From: Chakrabartia sp.
Lineage (GTDB): Bacteria; Pseudomonadota; Alphaproteobacteria; Sphingomonadales; Sphingomonadaceae
Length of the DNA: 64,000 bases
Direction: 5' to 3'
Assembly (NCBI GenBank): GCA_040079575.1
Contig: JBEBKH010000003.1
Coordinates: 7,854-71,853, forward strand
Below are positions 1 to 9,657 of this stretch, in pieces (the first letter of the stretch is position 1; each line of letters starts with the position of its first letter). Under the pieces are notes generated by a model. The model ran no database searches. It saw only the letters and a program-made list of their open reading frames with translations, and was not told where the DNA came from. The translations under genes were made by a program, and so were the position numbers.

Positions 1-134
1 CGACAAACACGACGCACGCTACAAAGCGCCGCCGTGGTTACGGTGTTTCTGGATAGAGGCTGACTAACTCTGAGTCGGTTGACTGTCAAGCCGCGCGGAG
101 GCATGTCACAGCTTCAATATCAAAGGAACCTGCC

Positions 135-683
135 ATGCGCCCCATCATGATCGCGCTTTCAACTGCATGTCTGATCGCGGCAACACCCGCCGCAGCGGCG
201 CTTAAATCTGGGGAAAATGCGCCAGACTTTACAACGAAAGCCGCAATGGCGGGCAAAGCATTCCAGTTCAGCCTCGGCACTACATTAAAAAAAGGGCCGG
301 TGGTTTTGTATTTTTACCCCGCCGCTTTTACATCAGGCTGCACGATTGAGGCGAATCAGTTTGCCGATGCCACCGATGATTTCAAAAAAATGGGCGCGAC
401 GGTCATTGGCGTTTCAGCTGACAAGATTGAAACGCTTCAGAAATTTTCGACCACCGAGTGCCGGAGCAAATTTGCCGTCGCGGTGGCATCTCCGACTGTT
501 ATCAAGGCTTATGATGTCAAATTAAGCATCACGGGAAAGTCCAACCGCACATCCTATGTGATCGCACCAGATGGCAAGGTAATTTATGCTTATTCGTCGC
601 TTGATTACCGCGGCCATGTCACCAATGCGCTTGCCGCTGTACAACAATGGCATGATGCCAAGCATGCGAAAATGGGGCATTAA
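135..683 (+). CDS. Peroxiredoxin, Bcp/PrxQ family, with N-terminal signal peptide
   Basis: Peroxidatic motif [11 protein letters not shown] (PxxxTxxC); Ala-rich hydrophobic leader ending PAAAA; AAGGA ribosome-binding site upstream. Confidence 0.9.
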   Translation: MRPIMIALSTACLIAATPAAAALKSGENAPDFTTKAAMAGKAFQFSLGTTLKKGPVVLYFYPAAFTSGCTIEANQFADATDDFKKMGATVIGVSADKIETLQKFSTTECRSKFAVAVASPTVIKAYDVKLSITGKSNRTSYVIAPDGKVIYAYSSLDYRGHVTNALAAVQQWHDAKHAKMGH

Positions 684-1801
684 TCGCGCTGATAGTAGCG
701 CGTTCGGAACTGCTGTGCAAAATCAGTGAGTGTCCCTGCCGCAATCGCATCCCGCAATCCCGCCATCAGCTGCTGATAAAACCACAGATTATGTTCGGTC
801 ATCAACATTGCACCCAGCATTTCACCAGACCGGACCAGATGATGGAGATAGGCTTTGCTCCACGCCGCGGTTGGTGAATTTGGATCGAGCGGCGACAGAT
901 CATCGGCATATTTGGCATTGCGGATATTGAGCGGCCCATCCCACGTAAAGGCCTGCCCATTGCGGCCTGACCGCGTTGGCAGCACACAGTCAAACATGTC
1001 GATCCCGCGTTCAACGGCGCCAACAATGTCATCGGGCTTGCCCACCCCCATCAAATAACGAGGCTTGTCAGCGGGAAGCTGCCCAGGCGCATAATCAAGC
1101 ACGCCGAACATCGCTTCTTGGCCCTCCCCAACCGCAAGCCCACCAATCGCAAAGCCATCAAAACCAATGTCGATCAGCGCTTGGGCTGAACGCAGCCGCA
1201 AATCTTCGTCCAATGATCCCTGTTGTATCCCAAATAGGGCAGAGCGCGCGGCGTGTTCCGTACCCGTATCAAACCCGTCACGCGACCGTCTGGCCCAGCG
1301 CATCGATCGCTCCATCGATGCTGCGGCTTCATCCCGTGTCGCCCCGTTCTTGGTGCATTCGTCAAACGCCATGACGATATTGCTGTCGAGCAAACGCTGA
1401 ATTTCCATCGACCGTTCAGGCGTAATCAAATGCTTTGATCCATCAAGATGCGATGAAAACGCCACGCCCTCTTCGCTCAATTTGGTCAACGCGGACAAGC
1501 TCATTACCTGATAACCGCCACTGTCGGTCAGGATAGGACGGTCCCACTGCATGAAACTGTGCAACCCGCCAAGACGCGCCACCCGCTCTGCCGTGGGCCG
1601 CAGCATCAGGTGATATGTGTTGCCAAGGATGATGTCAGCCCCAATGCCGCGCACATCGGCTGGCTTCATCGCCTTGACAGTGGCCGCTGTCCCCACCGGC
1701 ATGAACGCAGGTGTGCGAATGGTGCCGCGCTGCATCTGAATGGTGCCCGTGCGGGCCTTGCCGTCTGTGGCAGCGATGGTGAAGGTAAAACGTGAAGGCA
1801 T
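680..1801 (-). CDS. tgt: Queuine tRNA-ribosyltransferase (tRNA-guanine transglycosylase)
   Basis: [45 protein letters not shown] motifs; start placed at MPSRF (1801) instead of the ORF-track 1864. Confidence 0.97.
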   Translation of the reverse strand: MPSRFTFTIAATDGKARTGTIQMQRGTIRTPAFMPVGTAATVKAMKPADVRGIGADIILGNTYHLMLRPTAERVARLGGLHSFMQWDRPILTDSGGYQVMSLSALTKLSEEGVAFSSHLDGSKHLITPERSMEIQRLLDSNIVMAFDECTKNGATRDEAAASMERSMRWARRSRDGFDTGTEHAARSALFGIQQGSLDEDLRLRSAQALIDIGFDGFAIGGLAVGEGQEAMFGVLDYAPGQLPADKPRYLMGVGKPDDIVGAVERGIDMFDCVLPTRSGRNGQAFTWDGPLNIRNAKYADDLSPLDPNSPTAAWSKAYLHHLVRSGEMLGAMLMTEHNLWFYQQLMAGLRDAIAAGTLTDFAQQFRTRYYQRD

Positions 1802-1844
1802 GGCGCGCCATAACCCGCAGACAGCGTCGCTGTCGAGAAGCTGC

Positions 1845-2624
1845 TTAGCCCTGCCGCCGGACACTTACCCGCTGTTCGAGCAGATCGGCAGTGCCAAAGA
1901 CCGTCATAAAGGCGATGTCGATCGCATCACGGCCAACCCCGATGCGGACAATTTCATCCGCCTGCGCCATTCCGGTGGCATCGATCAAATGCCACGCGCC
2001 CTCTAACCATACCTCAACCACCGCATGAAAATCAGGCGGGGTGACGCCGGGCGCATAGGCCGAGACCAGCCGCGCAGGAATGGTTGCCGCGCGCGACAAG
2101 CTCGCCAGCAAATGGGCATAATCGCGGCACACACCTTGGCGTTTTACAAATGTCTGCGCAGCGGTTGTCGTTCCGCTCGACGTGCCAGAGGCATAGACCA
2201 GATTTGCCTCCACCCAATCACGCATCGCCAAAATTTTCGCGCCGCCCTCAACGCCGGCAAATCTTTGGCTGACAAAGCCCTCAAATTGGTCGCTTTCACA
2301 GTAGCGGCTGGGCAGAAGATGCGGAATGACAGCGGCAGGCAAATCACGCGGATGGTCCGCGCGCAAAATCGAAAGATCAACATGCGGCCGTGTCACCTCA
2401 ACCACACAGTCATAATCAACACCAAAACTGCCCAGCCCAGACGCCCACGTCCGCTGCCCAATCAACTCTTCGCCGACCACCGCCACCAGTTCACACGCCG
2501 AACTGACCATCAAACGGCTGCTGATCAGACGCTGATCAGCCATCGCTGCGGCTTCAATCTGAAGCAGCACGTCATGACTTTGCGGCAAAAAATAATTAAG
2601 CCGAACGTTGATTTCGACGATCAT
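1845..2624 (-). CDS. Transglutaminase-like (Cys-His-Asp) protein
   Basis: [17 protein letters not shown] and HLIDATG catalytic triad motifs; start at MIVEIN. Confidence 0.9.
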   Translation of the reverse strand: MIVEINVRLNYFLPQSHDVLLQIEAAAMADQRLISSRLMVSSACELVAVVGEELIGQRTWASGLGSFGVDYDCVVEVTRPHVDLSILRADHPRDLPAAVIPHLLPSRYCESDQFEGFVSQRFAGVEGGAKILAMRDWVEANLVYASGTSSGTTTAAQTFVKRQGVCRDYAHLLASLSRAATIPARLVSAYAPGVTPPDFHAVVEVWLEGAWHLIDATGMAQADEIVRIGVGRDAIDIAFMTVFGTADLLEQRVSVRRQG

Positions 2625-2969
2625 AGGAGGCCTTGCTGAAAAATGAGAGGTGCAGTCACGAAACCACATTCCGCGCCTTACTGCGTGATGCTAATTTTCA
2701 CTAGGACTATACATCAAACTGAGATGACATTTGGTTGAACCGCGTTTTCCCCCTGCGCGTTCACGTAGGTAAGCTGCCAACACAAAGCCCATTTGCAATA
2801 TTGCGGCTGTTGAGCAATGCTGTGCGAAGAGAGACGGATACGGCCAAAATAATCTGGGGAGAGATCTGCACCGACCCCAGATGAAACTTCATTCCGAGCG
2901 CTTTACCGTGAGCTGATTGAAACCAACACGACGCTGTCCGTTGGCAGTTGCACCGTTGCAGCAGAGCGT

Positions 2970-4211
2970 ATGGCTGACCGGCTTAAAGCAGCAGGTATTC
3001 CTGCGAACGATCTCCACATGATCGTCGAACCCGCTCATCCCCGCGAAGGCAATCTGGTTGCGATCATGCCAGGGAGCGATCCCAAGGCAAAGCCATTGCT
3101 GCTGCTCGCCCATATTGATGTGGTAGAGGCCAACCGCGCCGATTGGGAACGCGATCCCTTCACCCTGATTGAAGAGGATGGCTATTTCTACGCGCGCGGC
3201 GCGCATGATGACAAGGCACAGGCAGCCGTTTGGGTCGACACACTGATCCGCTTTCGCCAAGCTGGGTTCAAGCCGCGCCGCACGATAAAGCTGGCGCTGA
3301 CCTGCGGTGAAGAAACCGCTGGCGCGTTTAACGGCGCTGAATATCTGGTGCGCGAACATCGCAAACTCATCGACGCTGGGTTTGCTCTTAATGAAGGTGC
3401 GTCCGCGCGGCTTGATGCTGATGGAAAGCCCATGGCGATCTACATTCAGGCGGGTGAAAAATTTCCGCAGAATTATCGTCTTGAGGTGACCAATCCTGGC
3501 GGACACAGTTCAGCCCCCGTCAAAGACAATGCCATCACACATTTGGCAGAAGGACTTGCCAAAATCGGTGCCTATGACTTTCCAGTGGAAAGCAACGCGG
3601 TGACGATAAATTATTTCAAATCAATGGCCCCGCTGACACCTGGTCCCGTGGGAAATGCTATGGCCGCATTTGCCGCTAATCCGGCCGATAAAGATGCTGC
3701 CGCGACGATTTCAGACGCGAACCCAGCATGGAACAGTTCACTGCGCACAACATGTGTTGCCACGATGATTGACGGCGGTCATGCTACCAATGCGCTGCCA
3801 CAGCGCGCGCGCGCCAACATCAATTGCCGTATCTTCCCTGGCACCAATGTTGAAACAATCCGCCAAGCGATCGCCAAAGTGGTCGACGATCCAAAAGTGA
3901 GCGTCACCACGCTAGAAACCCGCAGCGGCACCAGCCCGCCGCCACCGCTGAGCGAAGACATCATGCGTCCCGTTCGCGCCGCTGCTAAAGCCGTATTTCC
4001 GGGCGTGCCAGTCATTCCGATGATGGCAACAGGCGCAACAGACGGCGCATTCCTGACGCCAGCGGGCATCCCCACCTATGGGTTTCAGGGCTTTTTCGTA
4101 TCAGCGGAGGGCAGCCGGGCACATGGTCTAAACGAGCGTATCCGAGTCAAATCGCTTATGGACGGGCGTGAAATCCTGTACCGGTTGGTGAAAGATTTCG
4201 CATCGCGTTAG
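2970..4211 (+). CDS. M20/M25/M40 family metallopeptidase/amidohydrolase; N-terminus anomalous
   Basis: Metal ligands LAHIDVV, GAHDDK, GEE, AHGLNE; family-like frame extends upstream to ~2853 with no canonical start. Confidence 0.88.
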   Translation: MADRLKAAGIPANDLHMIVEPAHPREGNLVAIMPGSDPKAKPLLLLAHIDVVEANRADWERDPFTLIEEDGYFYARGAHDDKAQAAVWVDTLIRFRQAGFKPRRTIKLALTCGEETAGAFNGAEYLVREHRKLIDAGFALNEGASARLDADGKPMAIYIQAGEKFPQNYRLEVTNPGGHSSAPVKDNAITHLAEGLAKIGAYDFPVESNAVTINYFKSMAPLTPGPVGNAMAAFAANPADKDAAATISDANPAWNSSLRTTCVATMIDGGHATNALPQRARANINCRIFPGTNVETIRQAIAKVVDDPKVSVTTLETRSGTSPPPPLSEDIMRPVRAAAKAVFPGVPVIPMMATGATDGAFLTPAGIPTYGFQGFFVSAEGSRAHGLNERIRVKSLMDGREILYRLVKDFASR

Positions 4212-4250
4212 AATATCCGTGATGGTCAATCCATAGATTCATTCCTCATC

Positions 4251-4276
4251 CGGTTGGCTTTCAGCCAATCTCTTTT
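4251..4276 (+). terminator. Probable intrinsic terminator of the M20 gene
   Basis: Hairpin TTGGCT-TTC-AGCCAA followed by TCTCTTTT, about 40 nt after the stop. Confidence 0.55.
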
Positions 4277-4308
4277 CCATCCAAACGCCTCCCTTTGGGC
4301 AGTTAGCG

Positions 4309-4478
4309 AGTCTTGCAATGTAGGATTTGCTGTGGGAAATTTGGGGCGCTCTTTCTCATTTTGGATATATAGCGACACCCTGCTGGGTACCCCAGAGCAT
4401 AATGGCTGCTTAACTTCGCAGTGGAGCGCCCGTCCCTAAGAAGTTTGCGAAGCTAAGGGCAAAAAAGCGCAGTTTTAC
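4309..4478 (-). repeat. Dispersed structured intergenic repeat, copy 1
   Basis: Reverse complement aligns with 17864-18070; exact shared blocks TCCACTGCGAAGTTAAGC, CAAAATGAGAAAGAGC, AGCAAATCCTACATT. Confidence 0.9.
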
Positions 4479-4514
4479 GGCCCTTGCAATGATAGGCGGC
4501 CCTCAAGGCAGCAA

Positions 4515-4530
4515 CAAACGCGCGCGTTTG
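4515..4530. terminator. Perfect 16-bp palindrome just after the stop of the AceE-like gene; possible terminator hairpin
   Basis: CAAACGCGCGCGTTTG is self-complementary. Confidence 0.4.
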
Positions 4531-4545
4531 ACGTGTGTCGTGCCA

Positions 4546-6888
4546 TCAGTCGTGCAAATATAATTCCGCCATCGCATCGATAATCGCCGCTGCATCAAGC
4601 CGATATGTCCTGTAAAGATCTGGCAAATCCCCGGTCTGGCCAAAACGGTCAACCCCCAAGGGGCTGATCCGCATGCCCTTTACGCCGCCGATCCATGATA
4701 GTGCGCCGGGGGAACCGTCAATCACCGAAACGATCCCAGCATTTGGTGACAATAGCGACAATAAATTTTCGATATGGCAGGGCGCATCGCCTGCCCCGGC
4801 CCAGCGCCCCGCACGCCGCGCCGACCAATCGCGGTGAAGGACATCTGGCGAGGTAACATTGAGGAGACCAAGCCCTGGAATGTCGTCGAGAAGGGACTCA
4901 TAAGCCGACAGCGCTTCAGGGGCGATCGCGCCGGTAAAAGCGATGGCGGCTTCTGCGCCGCGTGCTGGTTGTCGCAGCCAATATCCCCCCTTAAGCGCAT
5001 CCCCTTCCCAATCATTGCTCTCCCGCTCGACTTGCGGGATGACGCGCGTGCTTAACCGCAAATAGACCGAACTCCCCTCCGGTTTTTGCAAATGTTCGAA
5101 CGCCCAACGCATGAAAAGCGCGACTTCATCGGCATAGGATGGTTCAAAATAGGCAAGGCTGGGTTGCCCCATACCAATAAGCGGCGTGTTGATGGATTGG
5201 TGCGCGCCCCCCTCAGGCCCCAAAGTGAGGCCAGACGGCGTTCCGACCAACAGAAAACGCGCGTCTGAATAACAGCCATAATTGAGGGCATCGAGTCCGC
5301 GCGCAATGAAGGGGTCGTAAACTGTCCCTACCGGGATCAGCCGTGTCCCAAAATGTTGGGCAGCAAGCCCTAAAGATGTGAGCAACAGGAAGAAGTTGTT
5401 TTCGGCAATGCCAAGTTCGATATGCTGGCCCGCCGCATGTGCCGCCCATTTTTGCGCAGAGGGTATATTGGCTTCACGAAAAACATCTGCGAGATCGGAC
5501 CGCCGAAACAAACCCCTCTGATTAACAAACCCGCCCAAATTCGTCGTCTGTGTCACATCGGGGGCCGTTGTAACAATGCGGTCAGCAAGCGGTTCTGAAG
5601 ATTTGGCAAGGTCAAGCAGAACATGCCCAAAGGCAGCCTGCGTTGATTGCGCTTCGCCTTGGGGTACAGGCAGCCGCACGGGTACGGGCACGGGTCCAGG
5701 CTGGGCTTCAGGCTTTTTCTGGGACAAGACACTGTTATCAACAAACGCCTTCAGTCGCGCCGCGATATTTCCGCCAAGCCCGCCAAAGGCTTCCCATTCA
5801 TTCCCCGCTTCAATCCCCATGCTGTTGCGGAACTGCTCCATTTGTGTCGGGTTCATCATCCCTGAATGATTGTCTTTATGCCCCGCCAATGGCAGGCCAT
5901 ATCCTTTCACCGTATACGCAATGAACAAGGTTGGCTGCGTGTCATTGGCGCTGTCAAACGCCTCCATCAGGGATGCAATACAGTGGCCGCCCAAGTTGGT
6001 CATCAATGCGGCCAGACCGTCATCGTCAAAACTATCAAGCAGCGTGGTCACGTCAGGGTGATCGCCAATGTCGGAGAGCAATCGCGCCCGCCATGCCGCG
6101 CCGCCCTGATAGGTTAATACGGCAAACTCTGCGTTGGGGCAGTTTTCGATCCATTCTTCCAAGGCTTTGCCACCGGGGCGGGCGAAAGCCGCACGCTGCA
6201 ATTTTCCGTGTTTGAGGGTGATAACACGCCAACCGCATGTTTCAAAAATATCATCAAAACGCCGAAACATCCGGTCTGCTGTAGTGTTATCAAGCGACTG
6301 GCGATTGTAATCGACCACCCACCAACAGTTCCGAATATCATGCTTATACCCTTCAATCAGGCATTCATAGATATTGCCTTCATCAAGCTCCGCATCGCCC
6401 ATCAACGAAATCATCCGGCCTGCATCGGCTTCTGCCATTGAACCATGGGCGATCACATAATCCTGAACCAGACTAGAAAAGGCCGTGATTGCGACTCCCA
6501 ACCCCACCGATCCCGTCGAAAAATCAACCGGGATTTTATCCTTCGTCCGCGAAGGATAACTTTGTGCTCCCCCCAAGGCGCGGAAGTGTTGCAATTGTTC
6601 GAGCGACTGGTTGCCCAGCAAATAATGGATTACCTGTAACACCGGCCCAGCATGGGGTTTGACCGCAACTTTGTCCTGCGGGCGCAAAGCATGAAAATAG
6701 AGCGCCGCCATAATCGCGGTCATCGATGCGCAGCTGGCTTGATGACCACCAACTTTTAATCCGTCGCGCTTTTGACGAATATGGTTGGCATTGTGAACAA
6801 TCCATGCCGAAAGCCAACGCAGCCGAGCATCCAATGCTTCAATAGTGGCAATTTTTTCGGCGCGTGCATCTGCGGTCATATTGGTCAT
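4546..6888 (-). CDS. Homodimeric-type 2-oxoacid dehydrogenase E1 (AceE/MdeB-like, transketolase fold, ThDP)
   Basis: GGHQASCAS, YPSRTKD, STGSVGLG, ThDP motif GDAELDEG...DYNRQSLD, HIELGIAE, EGGAHQS; start at MTNMTAD. Confidence 0.85.
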   Translation of the reverse strand: MTNMTADARAEKIATIEALDARLRWLSAWIVHNANHIRQKRDGLKVGGHQASCASMTAIMAALYFHALRPQDKVAVKPHAGPVLQVIHYLLGNQSLEQLQHFRALGGAQSYPSRTKDKIPVDFSTGSVGLGVAITAFSSLVQDYVIAHGSMAEADAGRMISLMGDAELDEGNIYECLIEGYKHDIRNCWWVVDYNRQSLDNTTADRMFRRFDDIFETCGWRVITLKHGKLQRAAFARPGGKALEEWIENCPNAEFAVLTYQGGAAWRARLLSDIGDHPDVTTLLDSFDDDGLAALMTNLGGHCIASLMEAFDSANDTQPTLFIAYTVKGYGLPLAGHKDNHSGMMNPTQMEQFRNSMGIEAGNEWEAFGGLGGNIAARLKAFVDNSVLSQKKPEAQPGPVPVPVRLPVPQGEAQSTQAAFGHVLLDLAKSSEPLADRIVTTAPDVTQTTNLGGFVNQRGLFRRSDLADVFREANIPSAQKWAAHAAGQHIELGIAENNFFLLLTSLGLAAQHFGTRLIPVGTVYDPFIARGLDALNYGCYSDARFLLVGTPSGLTLGPEGGAHQSINTPLIGMGQPSLAYFEPSYADEVALFMRWAFEHLQKPEGSSVYLRLSTRVIPQVERESNDWEGDALKGGYWLRQPARGAEAAIAFTGAIAPEALSAYESLLDDIPGLGLLNVTSPDVLHRDWSARRAGRWAGAGDAPCHIENLLSLLSPNAGIVSVIDGSPGALSWIGGVKGMRISPLGVDRFGQTGDLPDLYRTYRLDAAAIIDAMAELYLHD

Positions 6889-7014
6889 GCGGCTCTCTCT
6901 ATCCCTAATTGCAAGATAATAGGCCTCACTCAGCAGCATGTCCTTGCAAAATACCCTATGTTTCTGCAATAAATTGGCATATTTATCCAAAATATATTAA
7001 TAATAGGGTTTTAT

Positions 7015-7500
7015 ATGCCAATTCATAGTCCCGATGCGATAGACCTCAAAATTCTCGAACAACTGCAATCTGATGGACGGTTGACCAATCAGGATCTGGC
7101 CGACCGCATCGGTCTTTCACCAAGCCCATGTCTTAGACGGGTACGGCAGCTTGAGACGAGCGGCATGATCTCTCGCTATGTCGCATTGGTTGATCCTGCA
7201 GCAATCGGCCTTTGGGTCACGGCATTTGTGCGCGTGCGATTGGATCAACAAGATGACCGCCATCTGGCAGATTTCGAAACCGCAGTTTCTGAATTTCCAG
7301 AAGTCATGGAATGCTATCTCATGACCGGAGAATCCGACTATCAGTTGCGCGTTCTTGTCGGATCACTTGTCCAGTTTGAAGAATTTCTTCGCTACCGCCT
7401 TACACGCGTAAAGGGTGTTGCAAATGTCACCACGAGCTTTGCCTTGCGCCCCGTAATCTACAAAACTGCGCTACCGACGTCGGGTGCGAATGCCAAATAG
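7015..7500 (+). CDS. Lrp/AsnC family transcriptional regulator
   Basis: DLKILEQLQSDGRLTNQDLADRIGLSPSPCLRRV helix-turn-helix; ECYLMTGESDY effector domain; divergent from the E1 gene. Confidence 0.95.
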   Translation: MPIHSPDAIDLKILEQLQSDGRLTNQDLADRIGLSPSPCLRRVRQLETSGMISRYVALVDPAAIGLWVTAFVRVRLDQQDDRHLADFETAVSEFPEVMECYLMTGESDYQLRVLVGSLVQFEEFLRYRLTRVKGVANVTTSFALRPVIYKTALPTSGANAK

Positions 7501-7523
7501 ACTATTGGGGAACGGTCGCCTTT

Positions 7524-8174
7524 TTAGCGTTTTTGCAGACCTTTTTGCTGCATCCTCCATTTCAACTGGTCAAACCGGTCCTGACCAAAGAAAGGCTCGC
7601 CGTCGAAGACCATGAGGGGGACGCCGTAATGGCCGCCCTCACGCTGGGCGTCTTGAGACGCTTTGATTGCGCTGTCAAAATGGGTAGGGTCAGTTGCGAT
7701 TTCAGCGTCTAAATCAGCAAGGCTAAGACCTGCTCGTGCGGCCGCATTGGAAAGGTGATCGCCTTCGTTCCAGCCCTTCACCGCGCCGCCAAAGATGATT
7801 GCGCTAACTTCATCCAAAAAGGCGAGGCCCTTTCCCCTCTCCGCCGCTGCCTGTCCCAACTGCGTTAGGCGATAAATGTAAGGTTGTTCCTTTGGATAAG
7901 TGCGCGACGCCATGTCCATCACCACAGGGTCGGGGCTGGGCCAGGCAAAGGGGAGTTCAAGAAACTGGGCACAGCGAAAAATATCCCGCATGAAATATTG
8001 AACCCATAGCGGGTCATTATTATCGAAAAACGTCGGCTGACGAACCGCGATTGGATAAACCACGCGGACATTACACATCACATCATACTCACGTTCGAAC
8101 GCGACCAGCCGCTTGGTCACGAAATAACTATAGGGCGAACGGAATGACCAATAGAGATCATAGCTGAGTGTCAT
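7524..8174 (-). CDS. DsbA-like/HCCA isomerase (GST-kappa) family protein
   Basis: YWSFRSPYSY and YGVPLMVFDGEPFFGQDRF motifs. Confidence 0.88.
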   Translation of the reverse strand: MTLSYDLYWSFRSPYSYFVTKRLVAFEREYDVMCNVRVVYPIAVRQPTFFDNNDPLWVQYFMRDIFRCAQFLELPFAWPSPDPVVMDMASRTYPKEQPYIYRLTQLGQAAAERGKGLAFLDEVSAIIFGGAVKGWNEGDHLSNAAARAGLSLADLDAEIATDPTHFDSAIKASQDAQREGGHYGVPLMVFDGEPFFGQDRFDQLKWRMQQKGLQKR

Positions 8175-8183
8175 ATTTTACTC

Positions 8184-8597
8184 CTAAGCGCCAATCGGTT
8201 TCGTCCGGATATTAAGTTGCCCTGCAAGGCCCGCTTTGCGATGTTTTTCAATCGCTTGATATGCGGGTGATTGGACCATCTCCATCATCGCAGCGCGCGA
8301 TGGATATTCGGCAATGGCAACCATATCCCAAAGATCATCAACCTCCCCCAATAGCAATTCCGTCACCATACCTGAGAAACGCGCTTTGCCGCCAACGCTC
8401 GCAAGGCAGTCTTGCACCGCTGCGCCGTAGCGTAGATAAGCGTCTCGGCCTGAAAGATCTGGCTCAGACCCGTCTTCATATTCGGCCTTGTCCTTAAATT
8501 TTAGAAGGTTGACCATGCACATTGGGCCGTCCTCTTCTTCGCTGAAAAATGCGGCGACCTGATTTGCGGTGGGGAAAACGGCATTGGTAACGTTCAT
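8184..8597 (-). CDS. DUF1330 family protein
   Basis: MVNLLKF...SGRDAYLRYG...WDMVAIAEYPSRAAM pattern. Confidence 0.8.
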   Translation of the reverse strand: MNVTNAVFPTANQVAAFFSEEEDGPMCMVNLLKFKDKAEYEDGSEPDLSGRDAYLRYGAAVQDCLASVGGKARFSGMVTELLLGEVDDLWDMVAIAEYPSRAAMMEMVQSPAYQAIEKHRKAGLAGQLNIRTKPIGA

Positions 8598-8609
8598 ATT
8601 TTCATACTC

Positions 8610-8796
8610 TTATAAAATGCAGTCCACAAATCCGTTTGAATCATTTTTCAGGATGAAATGCCCGCCTTTAAGCGTGGTAGGGGGTTGTTCTGCCGTTCCG
8701 GGCACACGCCCGATAACTGAGCGTCGTCGCCACGCGTAATCGGATCACCGTCGCTAAAACAGCAAAGGCAGCATCTGGGGTGCGCAGAACTTTCAA
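8610..8796 (-). pseudogene. Internally deleted, frameshifted haloalkane dehalogenase-like (alpha/beta hydrolase) remnant
   Basis: GGAG then TTG start, MKVLRTPDAAFA, fused out of frame to CFSDGDPITRG and, after a second shift, RVPGTAEQPPTTLKGGHFIL...GFVDCIL-stop. Confidence 0.8.
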
Positions 8797-8918
8797 ATGA
8801 GGCTCCATACATGACAAACATATTGGCATGAATGATGTCATATCATGGGTGGATGGTCAACGCTGATGACGTCTGACATTGACTGCCAATTGGAATCTAA
8901 TACATAACATATGCATCA

Positions 8919-9539
8919 TCACGCATCCGGCAGCTGCGCCAAAGCATCGTCGAGCAGGCGGCGGACAACAGCCCGCGCCTCTTCGACAGGCAATTCCTGA
9001 TCATGGCGCAGCAGCCGCCATGTCTGGAAGCCAAGGATCACTTCAAGCCCACGAATGCCGAGCCTATCGTCGCACATGCTTGATGGCAGATTTGCCGCAA
9101 CCATCGCACACTCAAGTTTGAGCATACGCTTATAATCCTCCATCAAAAATGCGGACTGAAACCGTTTGATACTGGCCGAAATGCGATATGGGAGAATTGT
9201 TTCGAAAACCTTGGCGCGGCGGTCCGCTATGGTAAACATCCGCTCCTTCCAAGTGCATCCTTCGGGTGGCTCCATTATGATTGGCAACACGCGCGTTTCA
9301 ATCTCTTCGCCCATTTCGCGGTACAGCGCATCCATATCGTCAAAATGCCGAAACACGGAACGCAGCCCCACTCCGGCGAGTTCAGCCACGCGCGCTGCGC
9401 TGGGAGAGACATCGCCCTTGCCAACCAATTCAAGCATCGCCGCCACAATTTTAGCGCGGCTTGAACGGCTGCGCTCGCGACGGCCATCGACGAGGGGTTG
9501 AGGATTTGCAGGAGATAGAGCCAAAGGTGCAGCAGGCAT
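8919..9539 (-). CDS. TetR/AcrR family regulator
   Basis: RERSRSSRAKIVAAMLEL...AARVAELAGVGLRSVFRHF helix-turn-helix. Confidence 0.93.
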   Translation of the reverse strand: MPAAPLALSPANPQPLVDGRRERSRSSRAKIVAAMLELVGKGDVSPSAARVAELAGVGLRSVFRHFDDMDALYREMGEEIETRVLPIIMEPPEGCTWKERMFTIADRRAKVFETILPYRISASIKRFQSAFLMEDYKRMLKLECAMVAANLPSSMCDDRLGIRGLEVILGFQTWRLLRHDQELPVEEARAVVRRLLDDALAQLPDA

Positions 9540-9657
9540 ATTTAGAAACTTTGCTTGAGATGTGGTTCAAAGCAAGTTCCATTACGGCCCTGGCCCTAAC
9601 ATTCAAACATAGTAATACTCAATTTTCTGAATATATCTGGGATTGCTATCACGCAAC

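Noticed and set aside
1-67. Possible 3' end of an upstream gene (DKHDARYKAPPWLRCFWIEAD-stop)
   Set aside because: Too short to identify, and another frame is also open; not supportable.
2795-2804. 10-bp palindrome GCAATATTGC; also imperfect inverted repeats at 9548-9577 and 19144-19195
   Set aside because: Short or imperfect and could arise by chance; possible operators but with no independent support.
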